Shown: positions 18,058-27,198 of the stretch, in pieces
Position numbering within the stretch: the first letter of the stretch is position 1
How the letters are laid out: each line of letters starts with the position of its first letter
Source of the DNA: Rhizobacter sp.
GTDB taxonomy: Bacteria > Pseudomonadota > Gammaproteobacteria > Burkholderiales > Burkholderiaceae_C
DNA length: 64,000 nt
NCBI GenBank assembly: GCA_046154125.1
Contig: JBJXEJ010000118.1
Coordinates: forward strand, 10,072 to 74,071
Direction: 5' to 3'
Notes under the pieces: generated by a model
Seen by the model: the letters and a program-made list of their open reading frames with translations, nothing else
Database searches by the model: none
What the model was told of the DNA's origin: nothing
Translations under genes and position numbers: made by a program

Positions 18058-21000
18058 TTATCCCTGCTTCGTGATCCACACGCTGGTGGCGGCCTGCGCC
18101 ACGCGGCCCGCCTCATCCTTCGCCTGCGCGATCAGTTCGACCTGGCCAGCCGCCGACAGCGTCGCGTCGCAGGCCAGGCCGCCTCGCTCGTCGGTGCTGC
18201 CGCTGCAGACCACGCCGATGTCCTTCAGCTCGGTGCGGTTGTCGTAGGCATAGAAGCCGCCGACGATGCGGGTTCGGTTGCTCAGCGTCTGCGAGAGCCG
18301 GCCTCGCACCTCGACGCGCTGGCCACGGATCGGCTGGCCGCGGGTGTCGAGCGCGAGCACGTTGAACTGAACGCGGCCGCCGCGCTGGCTGGCCCACGAA
18401 CGCGTCTTGATGCCGAGCACCACCGCACTCGGCCACAGGTCGATGCGGGTCGACACGGTCTGCACCTCGCCATTCGGGTCGGCGTAGGTCAGCTCGCTGT
18501 GCAGCTCGCTGGCACGGGTCAGCGGCGGCAGGTCCTTGAGCAGCAGCGTGGCCGCGCCCTGCGCATCCGTGAGCAGCGGCAGCTTGTCGGCGACGAGCCG
18601 ACCCGCGCGCTGCGCCGTGTCGGCTTCGTCTTCGGGTTCGCCGTCCGGAGACATCTCGCGCGGCGGCTCGAAGCTGAAGCCGTCGTGGCCGGGAAACGCG
18701 GGCACACGCGGCTTCAGCAGCGCCGACACCGCCGCTGGCGACTTCGCCATCGCGCCGCCCGACAGGTAGCCCATCTGAACGCTCAACGGCAGCTCGCGCG
18801 GCGCGATCGGCACCTGGCTCGGCCCGCTCAGGCGCGCATCGATCAGCGGCAGGCGGAATTCCTCGACACGGAAGCTGCCGCTGGTCCAGCTGCCGCGCTG
18901 GCGTTCGCTGACGACATCGCGCTCCAGCATGACCTCGTACAAGCCGAGCTTGGCGGCCGGCGGAATGTTCCAGGTCGACACCGCGTGGCGCGTGCCATTC
19001 CACACCAGAGGCTGCACGATCTGCTGCCCGCTGCCCTGGTGGACGATCTTGACGCGCGTCGGCAACGCAGCGGCGTCCCACGGCGCGAGTCCCGCCGAGG
19101 TTTCGGCGCGCAGGAAATGCTTCATCGACACGGTTTCGCCGGCACGCAGCAGCGTTCGGTCGAACACCGTGTGGGCGACCGCATCGCGCTCGGAGGCGTT
19201 GCTGGTCGGCAGGTTGAAGCGCCACGGCTCGATGCCCTTCTGCCAGCTGGTGAACACGAAGGCGGTGTCGACCACCTGGGGCGCACGCGGATCGGCATCG
19301 GCCTTGCGGGCGGTCACGAAGTAGCCCGCTTCATTCGGGCATTCGCCGACCTGCAGGTCGAGCGCGAGCTTGACGATCGCCAGTCCGCGTGCGTCGGTGC
19401 GCCCGGCCCACAGCCGCTTGCCGAGGCAGTCGTTGATCGCCACGTCGGCGCCTTCGACCGGGCGACCACGGTCTAGCGAGGTGACCCACACCGCGCTGTT
19501 CTCACGGCCCAGCTTCACGTGCACGCCGAGGTTGGTGACCAGCACGCCGGTGCGCACGTACATCGGCGCGCGCGGATCGAGCAGCGCCTGTCCGAGGCGC
19601 GCCGATTCGATCTCGACCACGTGGTAACCCGGCTCGGCGAGAGGGAGGCCGACGACCTCGAACGGGCGCGGGTCGCCACCTTTCAGTTGCGGCAGATCGA
19701 GGCGCCTTGCAGTGGCATCGGACTTGAGCAGCGACAGCGTGCGCGTCTGAACCCGGCGTTCGACCTGATGCTTCGTCGTGCGCCCGCGCCCGTCGATGCG
19801 CGATTCGCTGGTGAACCACTCTGCCTTCGGCAGGCCGGCCTCCTGTGCGCTCAGCTCGGACTCATGGAAGCGGTGCAGCTTGTCGTACCAGGCCAGCATT
19901 TCCGCATCGGTCTGCAGGCGTTTGACGCGCACCGAGCCGGTGGGAGCCGACGGGCGCAGATCGCCCTGCACATGGCGCAGGGTGAGCGGCAGCATCGGCG
20001 GCGACGACGATGCCGCGCCTGGGCTGGCTGCTTCGCCGTAGCGCTCGAAGATGCCGAACGGGGCGGCGGAGAACCTGGCGATCGGCGGCGCGTCGACCGT
20101 GCTCACCTTCATCGGGAAGGCGCCGGCGTTCGCGAGCCCGCGGCCTGCGGCATCCTTCAGGTTCGGCGGCACCTCGACCGTGAATGCCGCGTTTTCAGCC
20201 ACGCGCATCGCGAGCGTGATCGAGCTGACCTCGGGATCCTTGTCATCCTTGTCGAACGCCGGCGCGATCGGCTTGCCGCCGGCCGGCACCAGCCTGACCA
20301 GTTCGGCCAGCTTGCGATCGATCGGCGCTGAGAACCGCAGCACCAGCGGGCGGATCGGCAGGCACGGCGCGGTGGCGCGTTCACGCTCGCAGCTGAACTC
20401 GGCTGTGAAGGCCGGCCGCACGCGAAAGCCGAAACGCTGCTCGACGCGGGTCGCCACGTCGGGGTTCACCGCCGCGGCGATGCCGCGGCCCCACACCAGG
20501 CGCATCGGTGTGTCGGTCGGGAGCGGGCGCGGGCAGGCCAGCACGACGAGCCGCGACTGGCGCTCCGCCTCGCGCTTTGCGTCCTTCAGCGGCCTCGGAC
20601 CGGCGACGCTGGCGATGCGGTCGCGCAATGCGCCGGTCACGATCCGAACCGGCAGCCGGTCGCCCAGCCCCTCGACCTCGCACCACGCGTGGGTGGCGAC
20701 GCTGCGGTCGGTGGCAGCACCGTTGACGGTGAGCAGGAAGTGCTGGTCCTCCTCGATCGTCGCGCCTTCATCGGGCTGGATCGATTCCACCGCCGGTCCG
20801 CCGGTGCTGAAGGCGAACGAGGTGGCGCCGGTCAGCGCCGTTTCACTGCGTGCCGAGCCCGGCGCGCGCGGCTTCCAGTCGGGCCGGACCTGCGCGAGGC
20901 AGCGCACGCCGGGCGGCAACGGCAGTTCGAAATTGAAGACCCAGCTGCGGTCGCTGGTCCACAGGCCGGCACCCCGGGTCGGGGAGCCCACGCAGGACAC

Positions 21001-21201
21001 CGCCATCGGGTCGGGCAACCGCGGATCACCGAAGGCGGCGACGGCCTCGGAAAACGTGACCGCCAGTTGCCGCACCTGCGCCACCTCGCCTTGCGGGCTG
21101 ACGCCGACGATCGTCGCGGCATCGGCAGCGAAGCCCGTCAACGACGCGAGCGCCAGCAGCGCAACTCCCCACCTCTGGATCCAAGCTCGCACCACTCGCA
21201 C
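18058..21201 (-). CDS. Alpha-2-macroglobulin family protein, N-terminal part (ends at in-frame TAA 18058-18060)
   Basis: Signal-like WGVALLALASLTGFAADA followed by repeated MG-domain-like beta-rich sequence. I chose GTG 21201 as the start because the ORF start at 21309 would overlap the M48 gene. The start is uncertain. Confidence 0.8.
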   Translation of the reverse strand: MRVVRAWIQRWGVALLALASLTGFAADAATIVGVSPQGEVAQVRQLAVTFSEAVAAFGDPRLPDPMAVSCVGSPTRGAGLWTSDRSWVFNFELPLPPGVRCLAQVRPDWKPRAPGSARSETALTGATSFAFSTGGPAVESIQPDEGATIEEDQHFLLTVNGAATDRSVATHAWCEVEGLGDRLPVRIVTGALRDRIASVAGPRPLKDAKREAERQSRLVVLACPRPLPTDTPMRLVWGRGIAAAVNPDVATRVEQRFGFRVRPAFTAEFSCERERATAPCLPIRPLVLRFSAPIDRKLAELVRLVPAGGKPIAPAFDKDDKDPEVSSITLAMRVAENAAFTVEVPPNLKDAAGRGLANAGAFPMKVSTVDAPPIARFSAAPFGIFERYGEAASPGAASSSPPMLPLTLRHVQGDLRPSAPTGSVRVKRLQTDAEMLAWYDKLHRFHESELSAQEAGLPKAEWFTSESRIDGRGRTTKHQVERRVQTRTLSLLKSDATARRLDLPQLKGGDPRPFEVVGLPLAEPGYHVVEIESARLGQALLDPRAPMYVRTGVLVTNLGVHVKLGRENSAVWVTSLDRGRPVEGADVAINDCLGKRLWAGRTDARGLAIVKLALDLQVGECPNEAGYFVTARKADADPRAPQVVDTAFVFTSWQKGIEPWRFNLPTSNASERDAVAHTVFDRTLLRAGETVSMKHFLRAETSAGLAPWDAAALPTRVKIVHQGSGQQIVQPLVWNGTRHAVSTWNIPPAAKLGLYEVMLERDVVSERQRGSWTSGSFRVEEFRLPLIDARLSGPSQVPIAPRELPLSVQMGYLSGGAMAKSPAAVSALLKPRVPAFPGHDGFSFEPPREMSPDGEPEDEADTAQRAGRLVADKLPLLTDAQGAATLLLKDLPPLTRASELHSELTYADPNGEVQTVSTRIDLWPSAVVLGIKTRSWASQRGGRVQFNVLALDTRGQPIRGQRVEVRGRLSQTLSNRTRIVGGFYAYDNRTELKDIGVVCSGSTDERGGLACDATLSAAGQVELIAQAKDEAGRVAQAATSVWITKQG

Positions 21202-21220
21202 CTCGCCTAGAAGGCTTCGT

Positions 21221-22969
21221 CTACTGGTACCCCAATTGTTCCGTGAGAAGCTGGCGACGTTGCGCCTCGATCGTGCGCAGCCGCGAATCGATGACCGACG
21301 ACTCGACAAAATCGACCGCCGTGGTGGAGCTGCGAGCCAGCCGCTGACCCGCTTTCAAGCGGTCGATCGCACCGGGCAGATCACCCGACGCATAGCGTGA
21401 CTCGGCTTCGGCGCGCAATGACCGCAGCGCCCACCCGAGTTGCGCGGAGACGCGGCCCAGCATCGACCAGACCTCGGCATCGTCGGGGTAGCGTGCCACC
21501 CAGGTCTGCAACTGGTCCGCACTCGATCGCAGTGGTGGGCTGTCGTTCCTGGCCGGCCCCGAAACCAGCGCGATCTGAGCACTCAGCAGCATCACCGGAC
21601 GCGAGGTGTTGGAGGCGTCAGGCGCCACCGGTCCGACGGTCCGCGTCAGCGGCTCCAGCGCCGCCTGGGCCTGCACCGGCTCACCTCGCTGCAGCAGCGA
21701 TTCCACCTTCAACAGCGTGACCGCTCGTTCACCGCGCAGATCTCGTTGCGGCAACGCACCGGTTGCTGCCACATCGGCGATCGAGGCCACCGCCGCCGAG
21801 CCACCGCGGGCCACGTCCAGCGCCTTCTTCATCGAAGCATCTGCGCGTGCCCAGTCGCGCAGCAGGCTCGATGCCAGTGCGCTGGAATAGGCGTCTGCGA
21901 AGCGCTCGGCCAGCGTCGCGTTGACGGAAGCACGGCCTTCGGCATCGAGCCCCTGCCAGCGGCGCAAGGAATCCACGCGGGTGTCCATCAGCACGCGAGC
22001 GCGGGCCAGCGCCGCAGTGTGTTCGAGTGCCGTCGATGGCGAGCTGACCAGCGGAGGGGTCGACGTGAGGCCGGCCGTGCCGAGACGGGCACGAGCCTCA
22101 CCGATGCGTTCGGTGGTCAGCGGGTGGCTGCGCAGGTACGGATAGCCGCCGTTGTCATTGAGGCGAGAGGACTGCTGCAGCCTCTCGAACATCGACGCCA
22201 TGCCCGCCGGCTCGAAGCCGGCACTGGCCATCATCTGCGAGCCGATGCGATCGGCCTCCCGCTCCATGTCGCGAGAGAAATTCAACTGCCCCTGGATGCC
22301 CGCAGCCTGACCCCCGACGATCATCGCGTTGGCGGCATCGCCTCCCCCCGATCGGGTGGCCGCCAGCACGCCGATGATCATGGCCGCGGCGCTGATCAGC
22401 GACTGGCGCTTGCTGTTCGCAAAGCCGCGCGCGATGTGGCGCTGGTTGATGTGGGTCATCTCGTGAGCCATCACCGAGGCCAGCTCGTCGCGGGTCTGTG
22501 TGATCGCCATCAGCCCCAGGTGAATGCCCATGTAGCCGCCGGGCAGCGCGAACGCATTGACGCTGCGGTCGCGCACAAGAAAAGGCTGGTAGGCGAAGCG
22601 CTGGTTCAGTTCCTCGCCGAGGTCACCCCGAAGTCGGGCGGCGGCCAGCAGCGGCTGCCACAGCGACTGCAGGTACTCCAGCAGGATCGGATCGTCGAGG
22701 TAGTCGGGGTCACGCCGTATGTCCCGCATGATCGCGTCGCCCAGATGCCTCTCGGTGCCGATGTTGAAGTCCTCGGAGGCGGTGTCACCCAGCGACGGCA
22801 GGTTCACCTGCGACTGCGCCGCAGGCGACATCACGCTGCCGAGCAGCGTCATGCAGAGCAGTCCCGCCATCACCCGCTGGCGCAATGGACGCGAAGCACC
22901 CTCCCGACCACCGGATGCCGGGCGCTCGGCCGCATGAGGATCGCGGGTGGGGGAAGGGTTTTGAGTCAA
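21221..22969 (-). CDS. M48 family zinc metalloprotease with C-terminal TPR-like repeats (BepA/YfgC-like)
   Basis: VMAHEMTHINQRH (HExxH) and ALPGGYMGIHLGL motifs, plus a signal-like MAGLLCMTLLGSVMSPAAQS. The start could instead be the internal ATG at 22870. Confidence 0.8.
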   Translation of the reverse strand: MTQNPSPTRDPHAAERPASGGREGASRPLRQRVMAGLLCMTLLGSVMSPAAQSQVNLPSLGDTASEDFNIGTERHLGDAIMRDIRRDPDYLDDPILLEYLQSLWQPLLAAARLRGDLGEELNQRFAYQPFLVRDRSVNAFALPGGYMGIHLGLMAITQTRDELASVMAHEMTHINQRHIARGFANSKRQSLISAAAMIIGVLAATRSGGGDAANAMIVGGQAAGIQGQLNFSRDMEREADRIGSQMMASAGFEPAGMASMFERLQQSSRLNDNGGYPYLRSHPLTTERIGEARARLGTAGLTSTPPLVSSPSTALEHTAALARARVLMDTRVDSLRRWQGLDAEGRASVNATLAERFADAYSSALASSLLRDWARADASMKKALDVARGGSAAVASIADVAATGALPQRDLRGERAVTLLKVESLLQRGEPVQAQAALEPLTRTVGPVAPDASNTSRPVMLLSAQIALVSGPARNDSPPLRSSADQLQTWVARYPDDAEVWSMLGRVSAQLGWALRSLRAEAESRYASGDLPGAIDRLKAGQRLARSSTTAVDFVESSVIDSRLRTIEAQRRQLLTEQLGYQ

Positions 22970-23112
22970 GGGGGCTTTCGCAGCAAGGGCGATGGTGAGA
23001 CCGCTGGCACGCCGCCGAGTTCAGGTGGTTCGACCGCAAGGCAGCTGTCTGACGGCTTCAGCATACGGGCTGACTATGATGCCAGCCTGACTTTGCTGCA
23101 TTGTTTCGCGCC

Positions 23113-23634
23113 ATGACTGCACCCGCCGACGTTCCTTCACCCGTGCCTGCGTCGGCGTCACCGCTGACGCACTTCGACGCGACCGGGCAGGCGCACATGG
23201 TCGATGTGTCGGCCAAGGCCGAAACCCACCGCATTGCACGCGCCAGCGGCGAGATCCACATGCTGCCGACCACGCTGGCGCTGATCGAGAGCGGGCAGGC
23301 CAGGAAAGGCGACGTGCTGGGCGTCGCCCGCATTGCCGCCATCCAGGCCGCCAAGCGCACCGCCGAACTGATCCCGCTTTGCCATCCGCTGCCGATCACC
23401 CGCGTGGCGGTGGATTTCGAGATCGATCGCGCCGGCAGCCGGGTCACCTGCACCGCGCAGGTCGAAACCCTGGGGCGAACCGGTGTCGAGATGGAAGCGC
23501 TGACCGCCGTCCAGATCGGCCTGCTGACCATCTACGACATGTGCAAGGCCGCCGATCGCGGCATGGTGATGGGGCAGATCCGCGTGCTGGAGAAGCAGGG
23601 CGGGAAGTCGGGGGACTGGCTGGCGCCAGCCTGA
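23113..23634 (+). CDS. moaC: Cyclic pyranopterin monophosphate synthase MoaC
   Basis: Motifs [38 protein letters not shown] and IYDMCKA. Confidence 0.95.
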   Translation: MTAPADVPSPVPASASPLTHFDATGQAHMVDVSAKAETHRIARASGEIHMLPTTLALIESGQARKGDVLGVARIAAIQAAKRTAELIPLCHPLPITRVAVDFEIDRAGSRVTCTAQVETLGRTGVEMEALTAVQIGLLTIYDMCKAADRGMVMGQIRVLEKQGGKSGDWLAPA

Positions 23635-23681
23635 ACGCTCATGCTGACCAAACCCCAACCAACGCCCAGCCCCGACATCCC

Positions 23682-24803
23682 GTGAGCGCAGACAAGCCCA
23701 TCTACGTCACCCAGCCCTTCCTTCCGCCGCTGGACGATTTCATTCCGTACCTGCGCGAGATCTGGGACGCGAAGGTGCTGACCAACGGCGGGCCGTTCCA
23801 CCAGCGGCTGGAAGCGGCGCTCGTCGAGCACCTGGGTGTCAGGCATCTGTCGCTGTTCACCAACGGCACGGTCGGCCTGCTGACGGCCTTGCAGACGCTG
23901 GAGGTGACCGGCGAGGTGATCACCACGCCGTACTCGTTCGCTGCGACCGCCCATTCGGTGATGTGGAACAACCTGACCCCGGTGTTCGCCGACATCGATC
24001 CGGTCACCTGCAATCTCGACCCGGAGTGCATCGAACAGGCCATCACGCCGCGAACCACCGCGATCATGCCGGTCCACTGCTACGGCACGCCGTGCGACGT
24101 GGACCGCATCAAGCAGATTGCGGACGCCCACGGGCTGAAGGTGATCTACGACGCCGCGCACGCGTTCGGCGTGCGGTACCGCGGCGAAAGCCTGCTCAAC
24201 CACGGCGACCTGTCGGTGCTGAGCTTTCACGCCACCAAGGTCTACACGACCCTCGAAGGCGGCGCGATCGTCTGCCCCGACGCCACGACCAAGAAGCGCA
24301 TCGACCACCTGAAGAATTTCGGTTTCGCCAACGAGGTGACCGTTCTGGCGGCCGGCATCAACGGCAAGATGAACGAAGTACAGGCGGCGCTCGGCCTGTT
24401 GCAGCTGGCGCATGTCGATCAACTGATCGCACGTCGGGCGCAGATCGCGCGGCTCTACGACGAAGGGCTGGGCTCGATCGAGGGCATCCGCGTGGGACGC
24501 ACGCTTCCGGACGTGCAGCCGAACCACTCGTATTACCCGATCTTCATCGGCGACCGTTTCCCGATCAGCCGCGATGAGGTCTACACCCGCCTGCGCGAAC
24601 ACGGTGTCTATGCACGTCGCTACTTCTACCCCTTGCTGAGCGACATGCCGATGTACCGCGACATGCCCTCGGCGGAACCCGCGAACCTGCCGCACGCGGC
24701 AAGAACCGCACGCGAGGTGTTGTGCCTGCCGATCTATCCCGCCCTGCAGGACGACGACGTGATGCGGGTGATCCAGCTGATCCGGTCCTGTCGGGCAGGT
24801 TGA
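23682..24803 (+). CDS. DegT/DnrJ/EryC1/StrS family PLP-dependent sugar aminotransferase
   Basis: Family layout IYVTQPFLPPLDDFIPYLREIWDAKVLTNGGPFHQRLE with the PLP-lysine context LSFHATKVYT. GTG at 23682 is in frame with ORF 23379..24803. Confidence 0.85.
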   Translation: MSADKPIYVTQPFLPPLDDFIPYLREIWDAKVLTNGGPFHQRLEAALVEHLGVRHLSLFTNGTVGLLTALQTLEVTGEVITTPYSFAATAHSVMWNNLTPVFADIDPVTCNLDPECIEQAITPRTTAIMPVHCYGTPCDVDRIKQIADAHGLKVIYDAAHAFGVRYRGESLLNHGDLSVLSFHATKVYTTLEGGAIVCPDATTKKRIDHLKNFGFANEVTVLAAGINGKMNEVQAALGLLQLAHVDQLIARRAQIARLYDEGLGSIEGIRVGRTLPDVQPNHSYYPIFIGDRFPISRDEVYTRLREHGVYARRYFYPLLSDMPMYRDMPSAEPANLPHAARTAREVLCLPIYPALQDDDVMRVIQLIRSCRAG

Positions 24804-24843
24804 ACCGACGCGCCAGGGGTGTTTGGGCCCAAGGTGATGCAAC

Positions 24844-25653
24844 TCATGGCTGGAACCGGTGATCCAGTTCGTCGAGCGGCTCGCGGGAGATGCTGAAGCT
24901 CGACGTGTCGGGATAGGCGCGGTCGATGAAGCCAGGCTCGGCAAGGTCGTTGAACCGGATGCTGACCGCCACTCGCAAGGCGTCGCCTTCGGGGCTGGAG
25001 CGATGAACGGTGAATGCCGAAAACGCAACCAGGTCACCGCGACGCAAAGCCAGGCGCACCGGCTGCATCGTCAGCGCAGAGTCATGCACTCTGGACCCGC
25101 AGCGAGATACGTCGTAAGGCAACACACCGCCAAGGTGACTTCCCGGGTACATATCCAAGCTGCTGTGCTCTTCACCCACATCGTGCAAGGGAAACCAGAC
25201 CACCAGGCCATTGTGCGAACCCTGCATGACCGGCCACTCCTGGTGAGGCGGACGAATGTTGTACCCACCCTCGAAGTGCAGGTCGGCGGCGATGACGATG
25301 GGGTACGGCTTCAGGGCCACGACGGGATGCTGCAGTCCGAGGTCCCTGAGCACGCCCTGCAACGCCGGTTCAGCCGCGGCGGACAAGACCGCGACATCCA
25401 GTTGCGAGACCTTCAGCGCACTGAGATATCGGTCGGGTGCCTGTTCCTTCAAATCGCGCATGAGCGCTTGGCGCACGGCCAGGGGATCCTCGATCGTGAA
25501 CCGACGCCCCAGCACGTGCGCAGCCTGCAACGCGATGGGTTCAAAAATGGCATGTTCCAGGGCATCGAGGTACCGAGAGGACAGGACCTGGCGCGCGATG
25601 TGAAACCCGTCTCGGCGGTAAGTCATGTTGTCTGTCGCAGCATGCGTGATCAT
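24844..25653 (-). CDS. Phytanoyl-CoA dioxygenase (PhyH) family Fe(II)/2-oxoglutarate oxygenase
   Basis: Typical PhyH start YRRDGFHIARQVLS. Candidate facial triad: PPHQEW (H-x-E) and distal FTVHRS. An alternative start is ATG 25626. Confidence 0.65.
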   Translation of the reverse strand: MITHAATDNMTYRRDGFHIARQVLSSRYLDALEHAIFEPIALQAAHVLGRRFTIEDPLAVRQALMRDLKEQAPDRYLSALKVSQLDVAVLSAAAEPALQGVLRDLGLQHPVVALKPYPIVIAADLHFEGGYNIRPPHQEWPVMQGSHNGLVVWFPLHDVGEEHSSLDMYPGSHLGGVLPYDVSRCGSRVHDSALTMQPVRLALRRGDLVAFSAFTVHRSSPEGDALRVAVSIRFNDLAEPGFIDRAYPDTSSFSISREPLDELDHRFQP

Positions 25654-25676
25654 GGTGAATGTGACGGTTTCAGGTA

Positions 25677-26130
25677 TCAGCGTGGCGAGCGAACGACGAT
25701 CTGCCCGGGGACTCGATCATTCCCGTGGCGAAGAAGCGGCAAGCCGGCAAACTGCTCCAGTGCCCATCCCACTTCGTCGCCGCCCGGCAGCGCTCCGACG
25801 CGGGTCGCCCCGGTAAATCGACCGTTGTACTCGCAGATCGCAAACCGGCCATCGACGCACCGCTGGCAATGCACATTCAGCGGACCGCGGCAACGCAGTG
25901 CAAAGGCAGCACGCGTGCGCCAGACCCGGCCATGGTGCCCGAGGCGCAAAAGATCCTCGCCAGCCCGAGCCGGTGCGTCACCGCCAGGCTGACCTTGACG
26001 CCGAATTCGTGCGGGCTGCGGGGCCTGAAATGCGCAGAGCTTGCTCTTGTCCTTCGGTCGCTCAGCTTGCCGCCGGCGCTGCCCAATCGAGCCGAGGTGC
26101 CGAAGAGGCTGGCGCCTTCGGCACGCGACA
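25677..26130 (-). pseudogene. Remnant of an ATP-grasp ligase gene (3' half only, frameshifted), paralogous to 27175..28230
   Basis: ORF 25677..26213 ends GPLNVHCQRCVDGRFAICEYNGRFTGATRVGALPGGDEVGWALEQFAGLPLLRHGNDRVPGQIVVRSPR. By my count this matches the intact gene tail at 50 of 69 residues. Further upstream, similarity continues only in another frame (LGLARIFCASG versus LALRVARTFSEAG). There is no N-terminal half. The 5' limit is approximate. Confidence 0.7.
25680..25886. repeat. Direct repeat copy A (ATP-grasp 3' end, diverged)
   Basis: Nucleotide and protein similarity to 27199..27405 in the same orientation, for example GGCAAACTGCTCCAGTGCC and AATCGACCGTTGTA. I estimate 75-80% identity by eye. 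Confidence 0.75.
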
Positions 26131-26212
26131 TGCAAGAGTTGCTTTGCGCCGAGACTTGTCGGCTGAGCAATTTCGCGCCGAATTGGAGTTGCGCCTTGAA
26201 CGCTCACCCCCA

Positions 26213-26234
26213 TGATCCACCGAATGGTGGATCA
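26213..26234. other. Perfect 9-bp stem hairpin at the high-GC/low-GC boundary
   Basis: TGATCCACC-GAAT-GGTGGATCA, followed immediately by AT-rich sequence upstream of the low-GC gene. Confidence 0.6.
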
Positions 26235-26307
26235 GAAATGAAATCCAATCCACGCCGATTCATTGTTTTATTCTCGAAAACAAACAGGCAATGAGGCTTG
26301 AGCGGAA

Positions 26308-27198
26308 ATGATCATCGATGTCAGATGCAGATTTACAGGCGGCAAATCAGCCGACTACTATAGAGAGCAACTCAGAAAGAATGGAAGACTTCACCTGATC
26401 GAGTCTTTAAAGGAAGGGACTGAGGATTCCTTCTTCAAGGAGATCGAAGCAGCAGGAATCACGACGGCAGTATCCGCATCTGGATTTAATCCAGGAGCCA
26501 GCCTAGGAAAATACAACTTTTCGGATCGCACGACAAGTAACGATGAACTTGCCGAAATTCAAAAACGACACCCGAAAAAATTCATTGCTTGCGGAGGTTT
26601 AGATGTGAGCAATAATTTTCACCATTGCCTCGATGAAGTACTGAGATGTCATTATGAATTGGGAATCCATGTTTTCAGCATAGAGCCTGGTAGAGCGCCT
26701 GGCTGCCTCCCTTCCGATGAGAGCCTTGATGAAATTTACAGGCTGCTTCAGGAATTGAATTGCACCGTCATAATTCAAACCTCAGGATTGAAAGGCGGGA
26801 AATATTTAAACTACGCCGATCCTCATCACATCGAAATCATTGCGGAAAAATTTCCCTCCCTGCGGATAATATGTGCCCACGGATGTTATCCCTACGTAAG
26901 AGAGGCAATTGTGATAGCCATGAGGAGAAACAATATCTGGTTGAGTCCCGAAGGTTATTTATGGCATTTGGGGCATGAAGATTGGCTGCGGGCAATCAAC
27001 AAGGATTTCGAGGGTTTTTCAAACAAGTTTCTTTTCGGATCCGCTTATCCATTGACACCCATCAAAGCCTTTGTCGACAACTTCAAGGCGCTGTCGTTTT
27101 CCGAAGAGGTTCTACCGAAGCTCCTGTACAGAAATGCCCTCACCGCGCTCAATTGGAATGAAAACGAAGCATTTTCAAACGGCCGGCCTCAGCCATGA
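26308..27198 (+). CDS. Amidohydrolase_2 (PF04909)-like TIM-barrel protein, low-GC, apparently lacking most metal ligands
   Basis: Intact 296-aa ORF with an ATG start. Family-like landmarks are IIDVRCR (HxH position), VIIQTSG, IICAHGCYPY, LFGSAYPL and LYRNALTAL. GC is about 43-45% by hand count, versus about 65% in the flanks. Confidence 0.7.
   Translation: MIIDVRCRFTGGKSADYYREQLRKNGRLHLIESLKEGTEDSFFKEIEAAGITTAVSASGFNPGASLGKYNFSDRTTSNDELAEIQKRHPKKFIACGGLDVSNNFHHCLDEVLRCHYELGIHVFSIEPGRAPGCLPSDESLDEIYRLLQELNCTVIIQTSGLKGGKYLNYADPHHIEIIAEKFPSLRIICAHGCYPYVREAIVIAMRRNNIWLSPEGYLWHLGHEDWLRAINKDFEGFSNKFLFGSAYPLTPIKAFVDNFKALSFSEEVLPKLLYRNALTALNWNENEAFSNGRPQP

Noticed and set aside
25725-26294. 189-aa plus-strand ORF, and other short ORFs, over the 25.7-26.3 kb segment.
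   Set aside because: They lie antisense to the ATP-grasp remnant, whose homology to 27175..28230 explains the sequence. No motifs are present, and the ORF runs across the GC boundary and the hairpin.
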